Source: Spirochaetota bacterium (GTDB lineage Bacteria; Spirochaetota; UBA4802; UBA5550). Taken from it: a stretch of DNA of 64,000 bases. The notes beneath the pieces were generated by a model. The model ran no database searches. It was not told the origin of the DNA and saw only the letters and a program-made list of their open reading frames with translations. The translations under genes and the position numbers were made by a program. Positions 28,965 through 39,700 of the stretch are shown here, piece by piece. Positions within the stretch are counted from its first letter, which is position 1. Each line of letters starts with the position of its first letter. The stretch is from assembly GCA_050298055.1 (NCBI GenBank), contig JBNKTL010000017.1:14920-78919 (forward strand). Direction: 5' to 3'.

Positions 28965-29561
28965 TTATTTCTCATTTAACGATTTTATAATGATATACTC
29001 ATTGCTGAAGCAGATCCTGCATATTGTGCCGTTGTCCACCTGGAAGTGCCACGACTTGTCCAGTGAATCCATCAGGTAATGGCCGATAATGGTCCTGATA
29101 CAGCCCCCGTGGGTTACCACCGCCTTTTTCCCGCTGCTCTTCTTTATTCTCTCAATTTCAGATATTACGTTTCTGCTCATGTCCCGGAAACTTTCACCGC
29201 CGGGTACGGGCCGGTTGATCCAGTCATCTCTCCAGCTGGCAAATTCATCCCTGCCTGAAGCCAGGACCTCTTTCCACATCTTGCCTTCCCACTCCCCGAA
29301 ATTCATCTCTCTCAGGTTCTTTGAGAATTCAATCTCTTGTTCGAAGTTGATGATCTCTGCTGTCTCCCTGCACCTTTTCAGGTCGCTGCAGTAAACCTCA
29401 TGGATCTCTTCACCTGCGAGGACCTCTTTCAGCCTCCCTGCCTGCTTTCTCCCGGTTTCGTTGATCCCTATGTCTGTATGACCCAGGAACCTGTTGTCCC
29501 TGTTGTAATCAGTTTCACCGTGCCGGATCAGTATCAGCTCCGTTGTTTTTTCCTGTTTCAT
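28965..29561 (-). CDS. cobC: alpha-ribazole phosphatase (histidine phosphatase)
   Basis: LIRHGET, SDLKRC.ETA, REMNFGEWEG, VTHGGCIR; within the cob cluster. Confidence 0.88.
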   Translation of the reverse strand: MKQEKTTELILIRHGETDYNRDNRFLGHTDIGINETGRKQAGRLKEVLAGEEIHEVYCSDLKRCRETAEIINFEQEIEFSKNLREMNFGEWEGKMWKEVLASGRDEFASWRDDWINRPVPGGESFRDMSRNVISEIERIKKSSGKKAVVTHGGCIRTIIGHYLMDSLDKSWHFQVDNGTICRICFSNEYIIIKSLNEK

Positions 29562-29586
29562 TTTTATTTTTCTAATACCTGAACTT

Positions 29587-29674
29587 CCCCCTTAAAAGTT
29601 CCCCCTAACCCCCTCAGGGGGCACAAGAGGTTTTTGGGTTAATATCTTTCGCCCCCTCTGGGGGATGGGGGGCC
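29587..29674. repeat. REP-like element
   Basis: ccccctaacccctcaggggg ... ccccctctgggggatgggggg. Confidence 0.6.
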
Positions 29675-29736
29675 GTTGGTGCGCAACCTGTGATCCTGCA
29701 ATTCACAATGAACCGGTCTCTGTGGCAAATCATTTT

Positions 29737-30492
29737 TTAATAAAAACCGAAGATCCTTTGAGAAAAGAGCATTGACGCGAGAAAAACCACCTCGGAGAGT
29801 TCAATGACAGCGCCCAGGATGTCTCCCGTTATGCCGCCGATTTTCCCCGATGCGTACCGCGTGAACAGAACCGCAAAGAGCGCCGGAAAGCTTATTGCCG
29901 GCAGGGCATTCATTCCCAGGAGAAGGTATCCCGGTGCAGCGGTTATGAGTACGGCGGCGGCTATCTCCCTGTACCCCGTATGGTCAATGGTTGATTTACC
30001 CATGCCGCTCTTCCGGGCGTATGATGATGTCCCGGCACTCCAGAGAATGTTCATCCGGGAGACAGCGGGCATCATGATTATTGTAAAGATAATGTTATCG
30101 CCTTTTAAGGAAATCATAAGCGCGATCTTCAGGATGATCAACAGGACAAGGCCCAGGGCGCCGTTGGTCCCCAGCCGCGGGTCTTTCATGATCTCAAGGA
30201 TCTCTTTCCCGGTCCTGTTGCTGAAGAGGCCGTCACATGTATCGGCCAGTCCGTCAAAGTGAAGTCCCCCCGTGACAATGATCTCAACCACTATGACAAG
30301 AACAATACCCGTATAAAAGAGATCCGTGTTAAGAAAGGGAAGAAAGACCAGTGCGGATACCAGGCCGATGATCAGTCCCACCAGGGGAGAAAGGACCATG
30401 CTTCTGGCAAAGAGGTCCTCGTCAAACTCCGGGTTTACCGGGAGGGGGATCCTGGTAAGGAAGCGAATCTGTAAAAAGAACCCTTTGAACAT
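29737..30492 (-). CDS. cobS: adenosylcobinamide-GDP ribazoletransferase
   Basis: FLTRIP, TGGLHFDGLADTCDG, IMKDPRLG, GGITGDILGA. Confidence 0.95.
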   Translation of the reverse strand: MFKGFFLQIRFLTRIPLPVNPEFDEDLFARSMVLSPLVGLIIGLVSALVFLPFLNTDLFYTGIVLVIVVEIIVTGGLHFDGLADTCDGLFSNRTGKEILEIMKDPRLGTNGALGLVLLIILKIALMISLKGDNIIFTIIMMPAVSRMNILWSAGTSSYARKSGMGKSTIDHTGYREIAAAVLITAAPGYLLLGMNALPAISFPALFAVLFTRYASGKIGGITGDILGAVIELSEVVFLASMLFSQRIFGFY

Positions 30493-31052
30493 TAATCGCC
30501 CTTTATCTTAAGGGGTATTCCGGAAACCAGCAGGTAGACCTCGTCAGCCATTGATGCCGCAAACTGGTTTGCCCTTCCGGCCATGTCCCTGAAATGCCTG
30601 CCCAGGGGCGTGGGGGGAACAACCCCCATCCCAATTTCGTTGGACACGATGAGACTTTCACCGGTGAAATGAACGGCCCCTTCCATGAGCATTTTCACTT
30701 CGCTCTCTATCATCTTTTCCGTTTCATGGACCGTGGCGGCATCGGTCCTTTCCCAGTTTATGTTGTTAATCACCATGAGGTTTGATACCATGATTGTCAG
30801 GCAGTCCAGGAGAATGTATCCGCGGCCGATGGCTTCTTCGGTAATGATATCTTTCAGGTTCCTGTATGCTTCAACGGTCTTCCAGTTCCTGTTTCTCTCT
30901 TTCCGGTGTCTTTTTATCCTCTCCTTCATCTCGCCGTCGAAGGGGAGGGCTGTTGCGATGTAGAGGACGTCGTTTTTCCCCTGAAGAAGAGACTCTGCGA
31001 AAGTACTCTTTCCGCTTCGGGCTCCTCCGGTTATGAATGTAATTTTACCCAT
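30492..31052 (-). CDS. cobU: bifunctional adenosylcobinamide kinase/guanylyltransferase
   Basis: TGGARSGKSTFAE, EMKERI.RH, LLDCLT, VSNEIGMGVVP. Confidence 0.95.
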   Translation of the reverse strand: MGKITFITGGARSGKSTFAESLLQGKNDVLYIATALPFDGEMKERIKRHRKERNRNWKTVEAYRNLKDIITEEAIGRGYILLDCLTIMVSNLMVINNINWERTDAATVHETEKMIESEVKMLMEGAVHFTGESLIVSNEIGMGVVPPTPLGRHFRDMAGRANQFAASMADEVYLLVSGIPLKIKGD

Positions 31053-31133
31053 GGATTTATCTTTTTAATTATCGGAAAGATTTAATAGATGGTACAATAG
31101 AGTGTAATAAAATCAAATAATGATACTCTTCAT

Positions 31134-31745
31134 TTATTTCAGATTCAATTTTTCAGCAACTGCTTTACTCATGCGATTAGCTATAATATGCTCGCAATAA
31201 TTAAAATTAAATATTTTATCCATATCCAGTACAAGGTATTCAAAGCTATAACCGTCAGGAGCATCAATGAGAACAGGAGCTGGAATTATATTGCATTCTT
31301 GCATCTTTTTTGCTACTGCTGGTTTTAAGAGACCTTCTGCAGCGGCAAGAAAAATAAGATGGTTAATGTCGCCCTGTTTTCCGTCATAGTCGTCACCTTC
31401 TTTATAAAACTCCTGAAATAATTTAAATACAGTTTTGGCAGCAGATGTAAACTTGGTAGATTTGCAGTTATTGTAATCAAATATACTGTAGTATTCCCAA
31501 TCAGCCGGACTGTATCGTAAATCATTGTCAGTTACAAAAGTTTCCTGGTTGACATAGTCTTTATCCTGACGAAAAGAAATTGCAAAATATTCCTGATAGG
31601 TTGATGGTATAATGTCTAAAGAAACTGCATCAATATATTCATTTAATGATTTTATTTCATCTTTATGTATTTCAAATAAATCCAAAATCCCATCTTCAAT
31701 GATTGGAATTAATTGCGAAATTTTATGTGGTAATTTAATTTTCAT
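31134..31745 (-). CDS. hypothetical acidic protein, possibly DUF4303/immunity-like
   Basis: AT-rich 203-aa ORF with RYSPADWEY motif. Confidence 0.5.
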   Translation of the reverse strand: MKIKLPHKISQLIPIIEDGILDLFEIHKDEIKSLNEYIDAVSLDIIPSTYQEYFAISFRQDKDYVNQETFVTDNDLRYSPADWEYYSIFDYNNCKSTKFTSAAKTVFKLFQEFYKEGDDYDGKQGDINHLIFLAAAEGLLKPAVAKKMQECNIIPAPVLIDAPDGYSFEYLVLDMDKIFNFNYCEHIIANRMSKAVAEKLNLK

Positions 31746-31889
31746 AGATTCCTTGCAATATATCAGAAGTCTTGATCTGACACTATTGTTGCCGTTTTAT
31801 AGAGTCAAGTGAATTATTGTTCGAGTCAGAGGTGCATGTTTGGACGTAAAACCACTTGAGTAGCCTGCCCGCCGCAGGCGAATCTCATG

Positions 31890-32777
31890 TCACTGTTTAT
31901 CAAGGATTTTCCCTTCAAGGGAAATAGTTTTTTTCCCCTGTGTATATCTTTTAAATACCATCTGTTTTTTATATGTATTGATAATAAAAAAGGGATCCCC
32001 GTCATCAATCGAATAATCACCGCCTGTTATTTCCCATGAACCATCCTTCTTATTAATTATTTTGCAGTTAAAAGCACCATCACCCAGCCAGCCGTAAATT
32101 CTGCTGTTTTTATAAAACAACCTTGCCCTGCAGAGATACTGGTTCTTTTCTTTCCTGAGCCATCCCACATCCAGGTCGCAGAATTGATCTGAAAAGCTTT
32201 TGGGAAATCCCGAACTTCGGATTATGTGAACTTTATAATCAGCGTGTTTCAGAACCGGGTTCCAGTCCGCCATGAACCAGGCAAAGACTCCAATCAAGAG
32301 AAATAAAAACAATGACAGCTGCCACATCCTCACAGGCCCTGTAATTTTTTTGTTATGACGGGGTGATTTAATATTTATGAGAGTAATTATTGCAAAAGCT
32401 GCTGCGCATCCTGAACCTGAAATAATAAACAGCAGGGCAGGCCTGTAGCTGTTTCGCTCCAGAAGAATCTGCGGTAAAAAATATATGAGGCTGAAAAAAA
32501 GAAGAAACCCTATGAGAAGATATACCAGTATGGGATAAAAATCATTATTAAAGTCAATCTCCGGTCCCTTCTTAAAGGGCGATACAGGCTGCATATTAAA
32601 AAGGATAATTGTGGAGTTGCCTGTGATGAAAGCGGTAAAAACCGATAAAACAACAGGAATGTAGATATCTCCTTTTGCGTAAAACACAAAATAGAAAGAT
32701 ATCCCTGCTGAAACGATAAAAAGGAGGATTAAAACAGCCCTTAAAGTTAAGGTAATATTTTTTCTTTTTTCCATCAC
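31890..32777 (-). CDS. hypothetical membrane protein
   Basis: About 5 N-terminal TM helices and a soluble C-terminal domain. Confidence 0.65.
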   Translation of the reverse strand: MMEKRKNITLTLRAVLILLFIVSAGISFYFVFYAKGDIYIPVVLSVFTAFITGNSTIILFNMQPVSPFKKGPEIDFNNDFYPILVYLLIGFLLFFSLIYFLPQILLERNSYRPALLFIISGSGCAAAFAIITLINIKSPRHNKKITGPVRMWQLSLFLFLLIGVFAWFMADWNPVLKHADYKVHIIRSSGFPKSFSDQFCDLDVGWLRKEKNQYLCRARLFYKNSRIYGWLGDGAFNCKIINKKDGSWEITGGDYSIDDGDPFFIINTYKKQMVFKRYTQGKKTISLEGKILDKQ

Positions 32778-32871
32778 GCTCTATACACTACATTTTGTAA
32801 ATTCTCTTAAATTAATCAAGCATTCTTCCTGTTCAAGTCATGTGAAAATTAATGTCGGCCGGTTGCTGTTA

Positions 32872-33387
32872 TTATAAAAGAAGTTTCCACTGGGAAAATG
32901 GTAACCACCTTGAGACGTTTTTACTGTAATCTTCCCATTCCCGGCCGAACTGTTCCTTTAAATAAGGCTCTTCGTATTTTATCACTCTCAAGTGGAATGA
33001 TATGAAAAGGATAATATCATAGAAAAAAAGAAACGGTGAGAAAAAGTATACGCACCAGCCAAAAACAGTGACAAGAACCCCTGTATACATGGGGTTGCGT
33101 ACATACCGGTAAAGACCTGAAATGATTAATCTTTTCGGCGGGTCCCAGGGCGCCAGGGTGCCTTTCCCGGTTATGAGGAAGTCACGAACGCACCATAACA
33201 GAATAACAGCGCCAACAAACAGTATGATTATCCCGGGAGTCAGATGACGGCCCTTCCAGGGGTCAAAACGGGCGATCAACGGGGGAAGCAACAGGGCAAA
33301 GATCCCGGGAAGTGAAACAAAGGCGATCAATGCCCTGATGAATATGTGAGATTCTGGATTCGATTTATTATTACCGGAATATTTCAC
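32872..33387 (-). CDS. isoprenylcysteine carboxyl methyltransferase/PEMT family protein
   Basis: GKGTLAPWDPPKRL...GLYRYVRNPMY, EEPYL...FG..W.DY...V.RW. Confidence 0.9.
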   Translation of the reverse strand: MKYSGNNKSNPESHIFIRALIAFVSLPGIFALLLPPLIARFDPWKGRHLTPGIIILFVGAVILLWCVRDFLITGKGTLAPWDPPKRLIISGLYRYVRNPMYTGVLVTVFGWCVYFFSPFLFFYDIILFISFHLRVIKYEEPYLKEQFGREWEDYSKNVSRWLPFSQWKLLL

Positions 33388-33405
33388 TGGGTATATTCGC
33401 TCTAT

Positions 33406-34107
33406 TCAAAGATTTTTTTGGGAAGAAAAAATTTTAATTTCATTATATCTGTTTAAGGACAGATCATAGTATTCGACCAATGATATTGTGTTAACAGAAT
33501 AATCAAATTTTCTATTGTTAATAATCCATTGATTCAAATATAAACTGGCATTGTTTTTTGCTTTTTCTGTAATTCTTTTAAAATCTATAAAATGACCCAG
33601 AACAACAGTACAGGTAAACAACCTGTTACCGTCAATTGTACCCTCTTTTATCATTGCTCCAAGTCCCTTTAAAAAAATTCTCATGTACGGTATAGCCCTC
33701 TCATTTATTAATACAATCTGTGTTGTTCCTGCTGAGCTGCTCTCAATACTTTTAAATGTTAATGAGAAACCATCATTGAGATAAAGGGATAAAAACCGGT
33801 CTAGTAATTTATAGTCACTGTCTAACCATGAACTTCTGTGCATTTTTAATCTCAATTGGTCATTAACAATATCTGTATAGGGCAGTTCTTTTGAAAGGAT
33901 TGTTGAGTGATGGTTCTCCTGATTTTGAAAACAATCACCAAATATTTCTTTTAAACCCAAAGATAACTCATTAAATTTATTTTTATATTCGGGAAAATAT
34001 TTCCAGTCAACTATAAAGCTTTGACCATAGACATCAGTAGATTTATTATACTTAGTCTTTTGGCAAGCTTCTTCATTTAGCGAGTTATAAAATTTATTTT
34101 CACTCAT
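33406..34107 (-). CDS. 2H-phosphoesterase-like protein (second motif degenerate)
   Basis: HST first motif (NHHSTIL), FSLTFKSI, TVVLGHF at the position of HxTL.RF, VNTISLVEY. Confidence 0.5.
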   Translation of the reverse strand: MSENKFYNSLNEEACQKTKYNKSTDVYGQSFIVDWKYFPEYKNKFNELSLGLKEIFGDCFQNQENHHSTILSKELPYTDIVNDQLRLKMHRSSWLDSDYKLLDRFLSLYLNDGFSLTFKSIESSSAGTTQIVLINERAIPYMRIFLKGLGAMIKEGTIDGNRLFTCTVVLGHFIDFKRITEKAKNNASLYLNQWIINNRKFDYSVNTISLVEYYDLSLNRYNEIKIFSSQKNL

Positions 34108-34369
34108 AAAGTTTGTTTAAAAAAACAATATTTTCCTTTCATTTATTATAACAATATAAAGATCCCGTCAAATTAAAAATATCAAAAAAAAGTATTATAT
34201 CAGGCTGGAATAATTATTCCTATAACCAGATATTATTAATAATAAATATATATTGTTAATATCCCGCATCTTTTAGAGTCCAATTTAGAATTTTTAAAAT
34301 TATGTTTGATTTTTTATCTATTATATTTTCGCATTAATTAAAATAACAGGTAAATAATTATAAATTCCT

Positions 34370-35359
34370 ATGCTATACTCGAAAACACCGGAAAAACTAC
34401 TGAGGATACCAATCAGTAATAAATGTAATTATGAGTGCACTTTTTGCTGTTGGAACCATAAACCGTTCAATCCTATTAAACTCCTTAATCCCAATGATTA
34501 CAATATACTGGTTCAGGCTGCAAATATGACAGGTTGTACCCGGATAATGCTTACAGGGGGCGAACCACTTCAAGTCACCAGTAATAATACTAAAGAACTT
34601 TTTGATATTATTAAATCTATTTCTTCAGTTAAAGGTTTGACCGACTTCTGGCTGCTTACAAATGGCTTTTATCTTAATTCAAGTAAGTTAATCAGTGATC
34701 TAAAACAGGCGGGATTAAAAAAAGTTGTTGTTTCCATCGGAGCTGAATCAAATAAGAAATATAAAGAGTATTCGCAAACAGAATATGATCTTGATACAAT
34801 CCTTAATAATATTACCCTGGCCATCAGGGGTGGTATGCATTTAAAGGTTGATGTACCACTCTCCAGGAGTGGAATAAAAAATTATGATGAACTCTTGGTC
34901 CTTATTAAAAAACTGGAATATCTTGGTGTACCGGAAGTAGCCTATTTTAAACTTCATAAAACAGCCGAAAACATAGAGGTTTACGATTCATTATTCGTTG
35001 ATGTCGAGAGTATTACTGAAGCTTTCAATGAGAGTGAATTATGGGATCTGAATGAAGATGAGGGGAAACTGAGTTTTTCAAATGGGAAAATCAGTGTTAT
35101 TATACCGGCGGCAATAGAGTATAGAACCACCAATTGCGATGAAAACAGTTGTGGGCCCTATTGTCAGGGAATATATGCTGCCTATCTGGTGTCAGAAGAA
35201 GACAAGACTTTTATCAGGGCTTGTCACCATGAATTTAAGGATAAAAGGAATGAATATATAATCGGGAACTGCAAAGGCCTTTTTGCAAAAGAAAAGATCA
35301 TAAAAATATTTCGAGATGTCTGGATATATGCATATGGCGAAAATGATATTATTCTTTGA
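34370..35359 (+). CDS. MoaA-like radical SAM protein with C-terminal Cys cluster
   Basis: LRIPISNKCNYECTFC (CxxxCxxC), LTGGEPL, LTNG, C-terminal C....C...C...IRAC. Confidence 0.88.
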   Translation: MLYSKTPEKLLRIPISNKCNYECTFCCWNHKPFNPIKLLNPNDYNILVQAANMTGCTRIMLTGGEPLQVTSNNTKELFDIIKSISSVKGLTDFWLLTNGFYLNSSKLISDLKQAGLKKVVVSIGAESNKKYKEYSQTEYDLDTILNNITLAIRGGMHLKVDVPLSRSGIKNYDELLVLIKKLEYLGVPEVAYFKLHKTAENIEVYDSLFVDVESITEAFNESELWDLNEDEGKLSFSNGKISVIIPAAIEYRTTNCDENSCGPYCQGIYAAYLVSEEDKTFIRACHHEFKDKRNEYIIGNCKGLFAKEKIIKIFRDVWIYAYGENDIIL

Positions 35360-36137
35360 CCTGGATGATACCCTCATTGAGAATGCAAAATATTTTGATA
35401 CTGTCAAAAACAATGTCGCAGAGGAATGCCGGAAAAAGGGAATAGAAAAATCAATCAATGAATTAAAACTCTATTTTGATGAGATTGAGAATAAAAACCA
35501 TAAGAAATATGGAAAAGGGAAGGATAATTTTAGAAGGTCTTTAAAAGAGGCATGCAGGACATTTGCGAATATCTCAGTTGGAACTCTCATTGATGAACAG
35601 GTCGATTGGCTTGAGAGCAACCTCTTTACACCGATTTACGGGGTCGGAGAGACACTTGAGGCCTTATCAGAATATTTCCCGATACTCTGTGTTACTCATG
35701 GGAACCCGCAAGAACAGATAAATAAGATAGAACGGTCTCACTTGAGCAGGTTTTTCAATTTTAAAGATAAATCTTTAGTGATACTGGAAAACAAAAGCAG
35801 AGAGCAATACTCAAATCTTCTTGAAAGTTTAACGTATGATCCGGAATATGCAGTTATGGTAGGCAACAGTCCGAAAAAAGATATTAACCCTGCAAAAGAA
35901 GCAGGAATGATAACGGTATTTATACCGAGTAAACACACCTGGCACATGGATGATGAAGATATATCCGGAGGAGATCCTCCAACACTGGTTGCTTTTTCCA
36001 TAACTGACCTGAAAGATCTTTTTATGCCCTCTTTCAATTTAAATAAAGGAAATAGATGTATTTCATATAACAGCACGGAAAAAAAGATTAGATACAAAGA
36101 CACAAGCGGCAGAGATAGTACTTTTATAATTCAATAA
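35334..36137 (+). CDS. HAD-family phosphatase
   Basis: FFDLDDTL (motif I), VTHG (II), K (III), VGNSPKKDI (IV); overlaps the radical SAM stop; start uncertain. Confidence 0.88.
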   Translation: MAKMILFFDLDDTLIENAKYFDTVKNNVAEECRKKGIEKSINELKLYFDEIENKNHKKYGKGKDNFRRSLKEACRTFANISVGTLIDEQVDWLESNLFTPIYGVGETLEALSEYFPILCVTHGNPQEQINKIERSHLSRFFNFKDKSLVILENKSREQYSNLLESLTYDPEYAVMVGNSPKKDINPAKEAGMITVFIPSKHTWHMDDEDISGGDPPTLVAFSITDLKDLFMPSFNLNKGNRCISYNSTEKKIRYKDTSGRDSTFIIQ

Positions 36138-36155
36138 CCTTAGAAAAAGAATTAC

Positions 36156-36770
36156 ATGATGAGAAAAGTTCTTATCATTACCGGTGGTAAAAATCCCGGC
36201 CATCCGATAGAAGCTCGAAATATTGAGATCTTTCAGGATATCTATGGTGATACTACTGAAATATCATCAATTGACCTCTCTGAGCTTTCAGTGAGAAAAC
36301 TTGATGAGTATAATAATTTTATTTTTTTCACATCCCTTGAAGGTGCAAATAACCAGATGCTTAATCATATTTTAGACAGGTCAGGCAAGCATTCCTGGTG
36401 CATGGTTTTTCTCCATGAGGCTGCAATTTTTAACAGGGACAACCATGCATTTTACCGATTCCTGGGGGTCCGGTTCAAGGAGCACTATGAATACGGCTCC
36501 TTTACGGTCAAGACAGAACGTTGTCCTGTTACAGAAGGTATTGGTGAAAAATTTATTATTGATGACGAATTATACTTTTTTGAAAAGCCGCTTAATGGTT
36601 CCGGTTCTTTTGTTTTCTGTTTTTCAGAAAAGAATGCTCCCCTGGGATTCATAAAAAATGAACAGCCAGGAGGAACATTGATCTATATCGCCCTTGGCCA
36701 CAATAGAGGGGCATTTACGAACAGAGAGTACAGGCGGATGCTGAAAAATTGTGCCGGCTATTTCATATGA
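36156..36770 (+). CDS. ThuA-like domain protein (class I glutamine-amidotransferase-like fold)
   Basis: VLIITGG..GH, FLHEA, LG.RF.EH, PVTEG...F.I.DELY, YIALGH. Confidence 0.8.
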   Translation: MMRKVLIITGGKNPGHPIEARNIEIFQDIYGDTTEISSIDLSELSVRKLDEYNNFIFFTSLEGANNQMLNHILDRSGKHSWCMVFLHEAAIFNRDNHAFYRFLGVRFKEHYEYGSFTVKTERCPVTEGIGEKFIIDDELYFFEKPLNGSGSFVFCFSEKNAPLGFIKNEQPGGTLIYIALGHNRGAFTNREYRRMLKNCAGYFI

Positions 36771-36787
36771 TTAATATTGGAGGGGAT

Positions 36788-39700
36788 ATGGGCAAGTATA
36801 TTAAGGACAGCAGGATTCTGGATGAAGAGGATAAAAAAACAATATTGATTTTTGATGCCGACGATACGTTATGGGAAAGTTCAAAACATTGGCGTGATAT
36901 AAAAATTGATATTGCCCATGAAATCATCAATGTGCTTTTCAAAAACAAAAACAAAATCGTTATGGATTATTTAGATTTGGCAAAAGAAAAACTTAAGGAG
37001 AACAGTGAAGAATTAAAAATTGATTTAAAAGATTATCTTAGGAAACATGAATTAAAAAGTTTTAAAAATAGTATAAAGGAGAAAATCCTCATTGATAGAA
37101 TACAATTATACATTCAACAAGATGATAAAACCGAATATATAAAAGAGTTTATCGTGTCACTTGAAAAACTTGTAATAGATAAGTATGATAAGGATTCTTT
37201 TAAGATACTCATTGAACTCTTTATAATATATTTCAATTTCAGGGAGGAAAAAAATCATAGCAACAAAGCACGCGGCATCGATAATTTCAGAACAGTGTTG
37301 TTAGAAATTGTCAAAGAATTATTTGATGAAAATGATGAAATAATATGGATTGAATCTTATGTAAATAAAAAAATTCATGAGCTTGAGTCTATTAGATATA
37401 CAGCAAAGGACGGTGTGAGATCAGCTCTTTCAATTTTAAAAAAAACACATCACCTTGCGATATTGTCCCAGGGAAGCCCCTATGAGATTAATTCAAAATT
37501 GAAGACGAGCGGACTCAATGTTTTTTTCGATAATAATAATATAGTTTTAGATTTTAATAAAAATAGTGATTTCAAAGAGTTAAAAAATGAAATTCCTCAC
37601 ACTAAAGAAATCTTCTATATTGGGAACAGCCTTAAAAATGATATATTACCGGCATTTAAAGCTGGATTTCGAACCATTTTTTATCCCAACAGCAACACAT
37701 GGATAAATGATGATGTTGTCGATAATGAAAATTTTACAGATATCAAAACCTACCTCATACGAACTCCCATGGAGATTATGAGCATTGTAAATATTAAAAA
37801 CGAAGAAAAGCTAAAGAAATTGCTAAAATATGATTCTCATACAAAAACAATCAAATACCTGGAAAACGGTAAAACCAATGAAATTACCATTTATAATTTC
37901 TGCACCCAGAAGGGCTTAATTTTCTGTATTGGCGATTTTATCCATGAAATGTTCGTAATACCCAAAAGTATAGCATATGAATCGGTGCGCCGCCACTCTG
38001 AAATTCACAGGGGTACTGAAAACGATATTTTACCGATTCAGCAGTATGGGGGGGCAATGCTCAGTCAGAGTTTATTAAATGTTTTAAATACCGGTGAAAA
38101 CGAATATATTGTTAAATCACCGCCCTGTATTGACGTCAACCAGGCTGAAAGGCTTTATCCGTGGCAGACAGGAACAGTAATAGACAAAGAGAATAAAGAC
38201 AGGCTCTACAACCAGCAGATATTCTATCTGAAGAAAAATCAATTTAATGATAACCTTATAGAAAACGGATCAACTTTTCGTGTCGAAACGCTGCTTACAA
38301 GGACATATGCTGAAGATATATATGCCAGGTTGTATAAGTGTATAAAAAACCATAACGACAAAGGAAAACTTGAAACAAAATTATCTGATTTTTTTGATAA
38401 TGAGTCATCAATGAACAGCATTCTTAATAAATGCAATAATGATCTATGCATTCATAGTTGTGAGAGAAATTCAGCAGAACATAATAAAAACGGTTTAATT
38501 GAAAAGCTGTCAAGAGAACTTTCAGATAGGTCAGAGGGAAAAACCCAAGATGGTATTCTCTTTAACATATTTAAAAAGAACTTCAGTTGCTACCATTATA
38601 AAAATTGTGATGACCAATTAGAAGATATTTCTTCTCTGTACAGTAATAATGAAAATAGTTACCTGGTAATTGATTATTTTTCGGATCAAAATAGAAATAA
38701 AAATAAAGATAACATCGCAATCAAAAAATTATTTGAGAATAAAGAGATTAATAATTTTAATACAATTTTCATTAAATGCAACGATCCCATTGAAGCAATT
38801 ACTTTGAGTTATAAAATTGATAACATCTGGATAATCGGCAATATAACAAACCTCTTTAATAAATCAGGTACACATTATTATTCATGGGAAGCGCTTATTG
38901 AAGCAGTAATCAAAGAGCTTGAGACATATGAAAATGGATCAATTATTAAAGTAGAAAATTGCTTCAATCTTGTTCTTCTCTGTAAAAATGAAGGATGCAT
39001 ATATATTGAAAAGAAAAGAAATGAAAATACATTTCATATGCATACCTTTATTGATCCATTCAATCAATACGGCACATTCTCTGCCAGTAATTATGGATGG
39101 GTTGCCGGATTTCAGAATATATTCATCACTAAATTTGTCCATTCATTTGTCTCAGAAAAGTCAATCGATCATGTTAACAGTGTCGGGGATGCCTGGAAAT
39201 ATGCCAGGGCTGTTTTTCTCCTTGGTTACGGTTCAATAGAATTGATAGAGAATAATGAAATAGATAAAATACCCTCACTAATACCGGTTGCGGAAAACTT
39301 GAAGACAGTGAAAGAGATCATGACCAAATGCGATGAGGAATTAACCGACTTTGAAAAAAAATTCAGAGACTATGTTCAAGATGTTCTCCAGTATAGTGTC
39401 AATGTGGACATGAAAAGAGATGATCAAATGTTCCAACAAGAAGGAAATGAAGGTAAAGTGTACCATTATTCTAAAAACTTTTCATTACTCTGTAAATACC
39501 GGCTTTCCTTAAAGCAGGCGTTTATTATCTCTGAAAAGATCATTGAATTAGGCCCCGATGCATTAAATAATGATATATATTTTGAACCTGGGAAGGAACC
39601 AGATAAGAAGATTAGTTTCAGGATACCTTTTTTAAAAATCGGCAACCATATATCGATATTCAGAAAAGAAATCGAAGAGGTAAACCTGATATATACTGTT

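Noticed and set aside
31053..31133. Cobalamin riboswitch upstream of cobU
   Set aside because: Gap is only ~80 nt, AT-rich, with no B12-box
31134..34107. Integron cassette array (four co-oriented minus-strand orphans)
   Set aside because: No attC-like RYYYAAC...GTTRRRY palindromes recognised and no integrase in the window
34370..35359. Calling the radical SAM gene moaA or viperin
   Set aside because: Lacks the MoaA C-terminal GG motif and moa context; lacks the viperin N.H motif before CxxxCxxC
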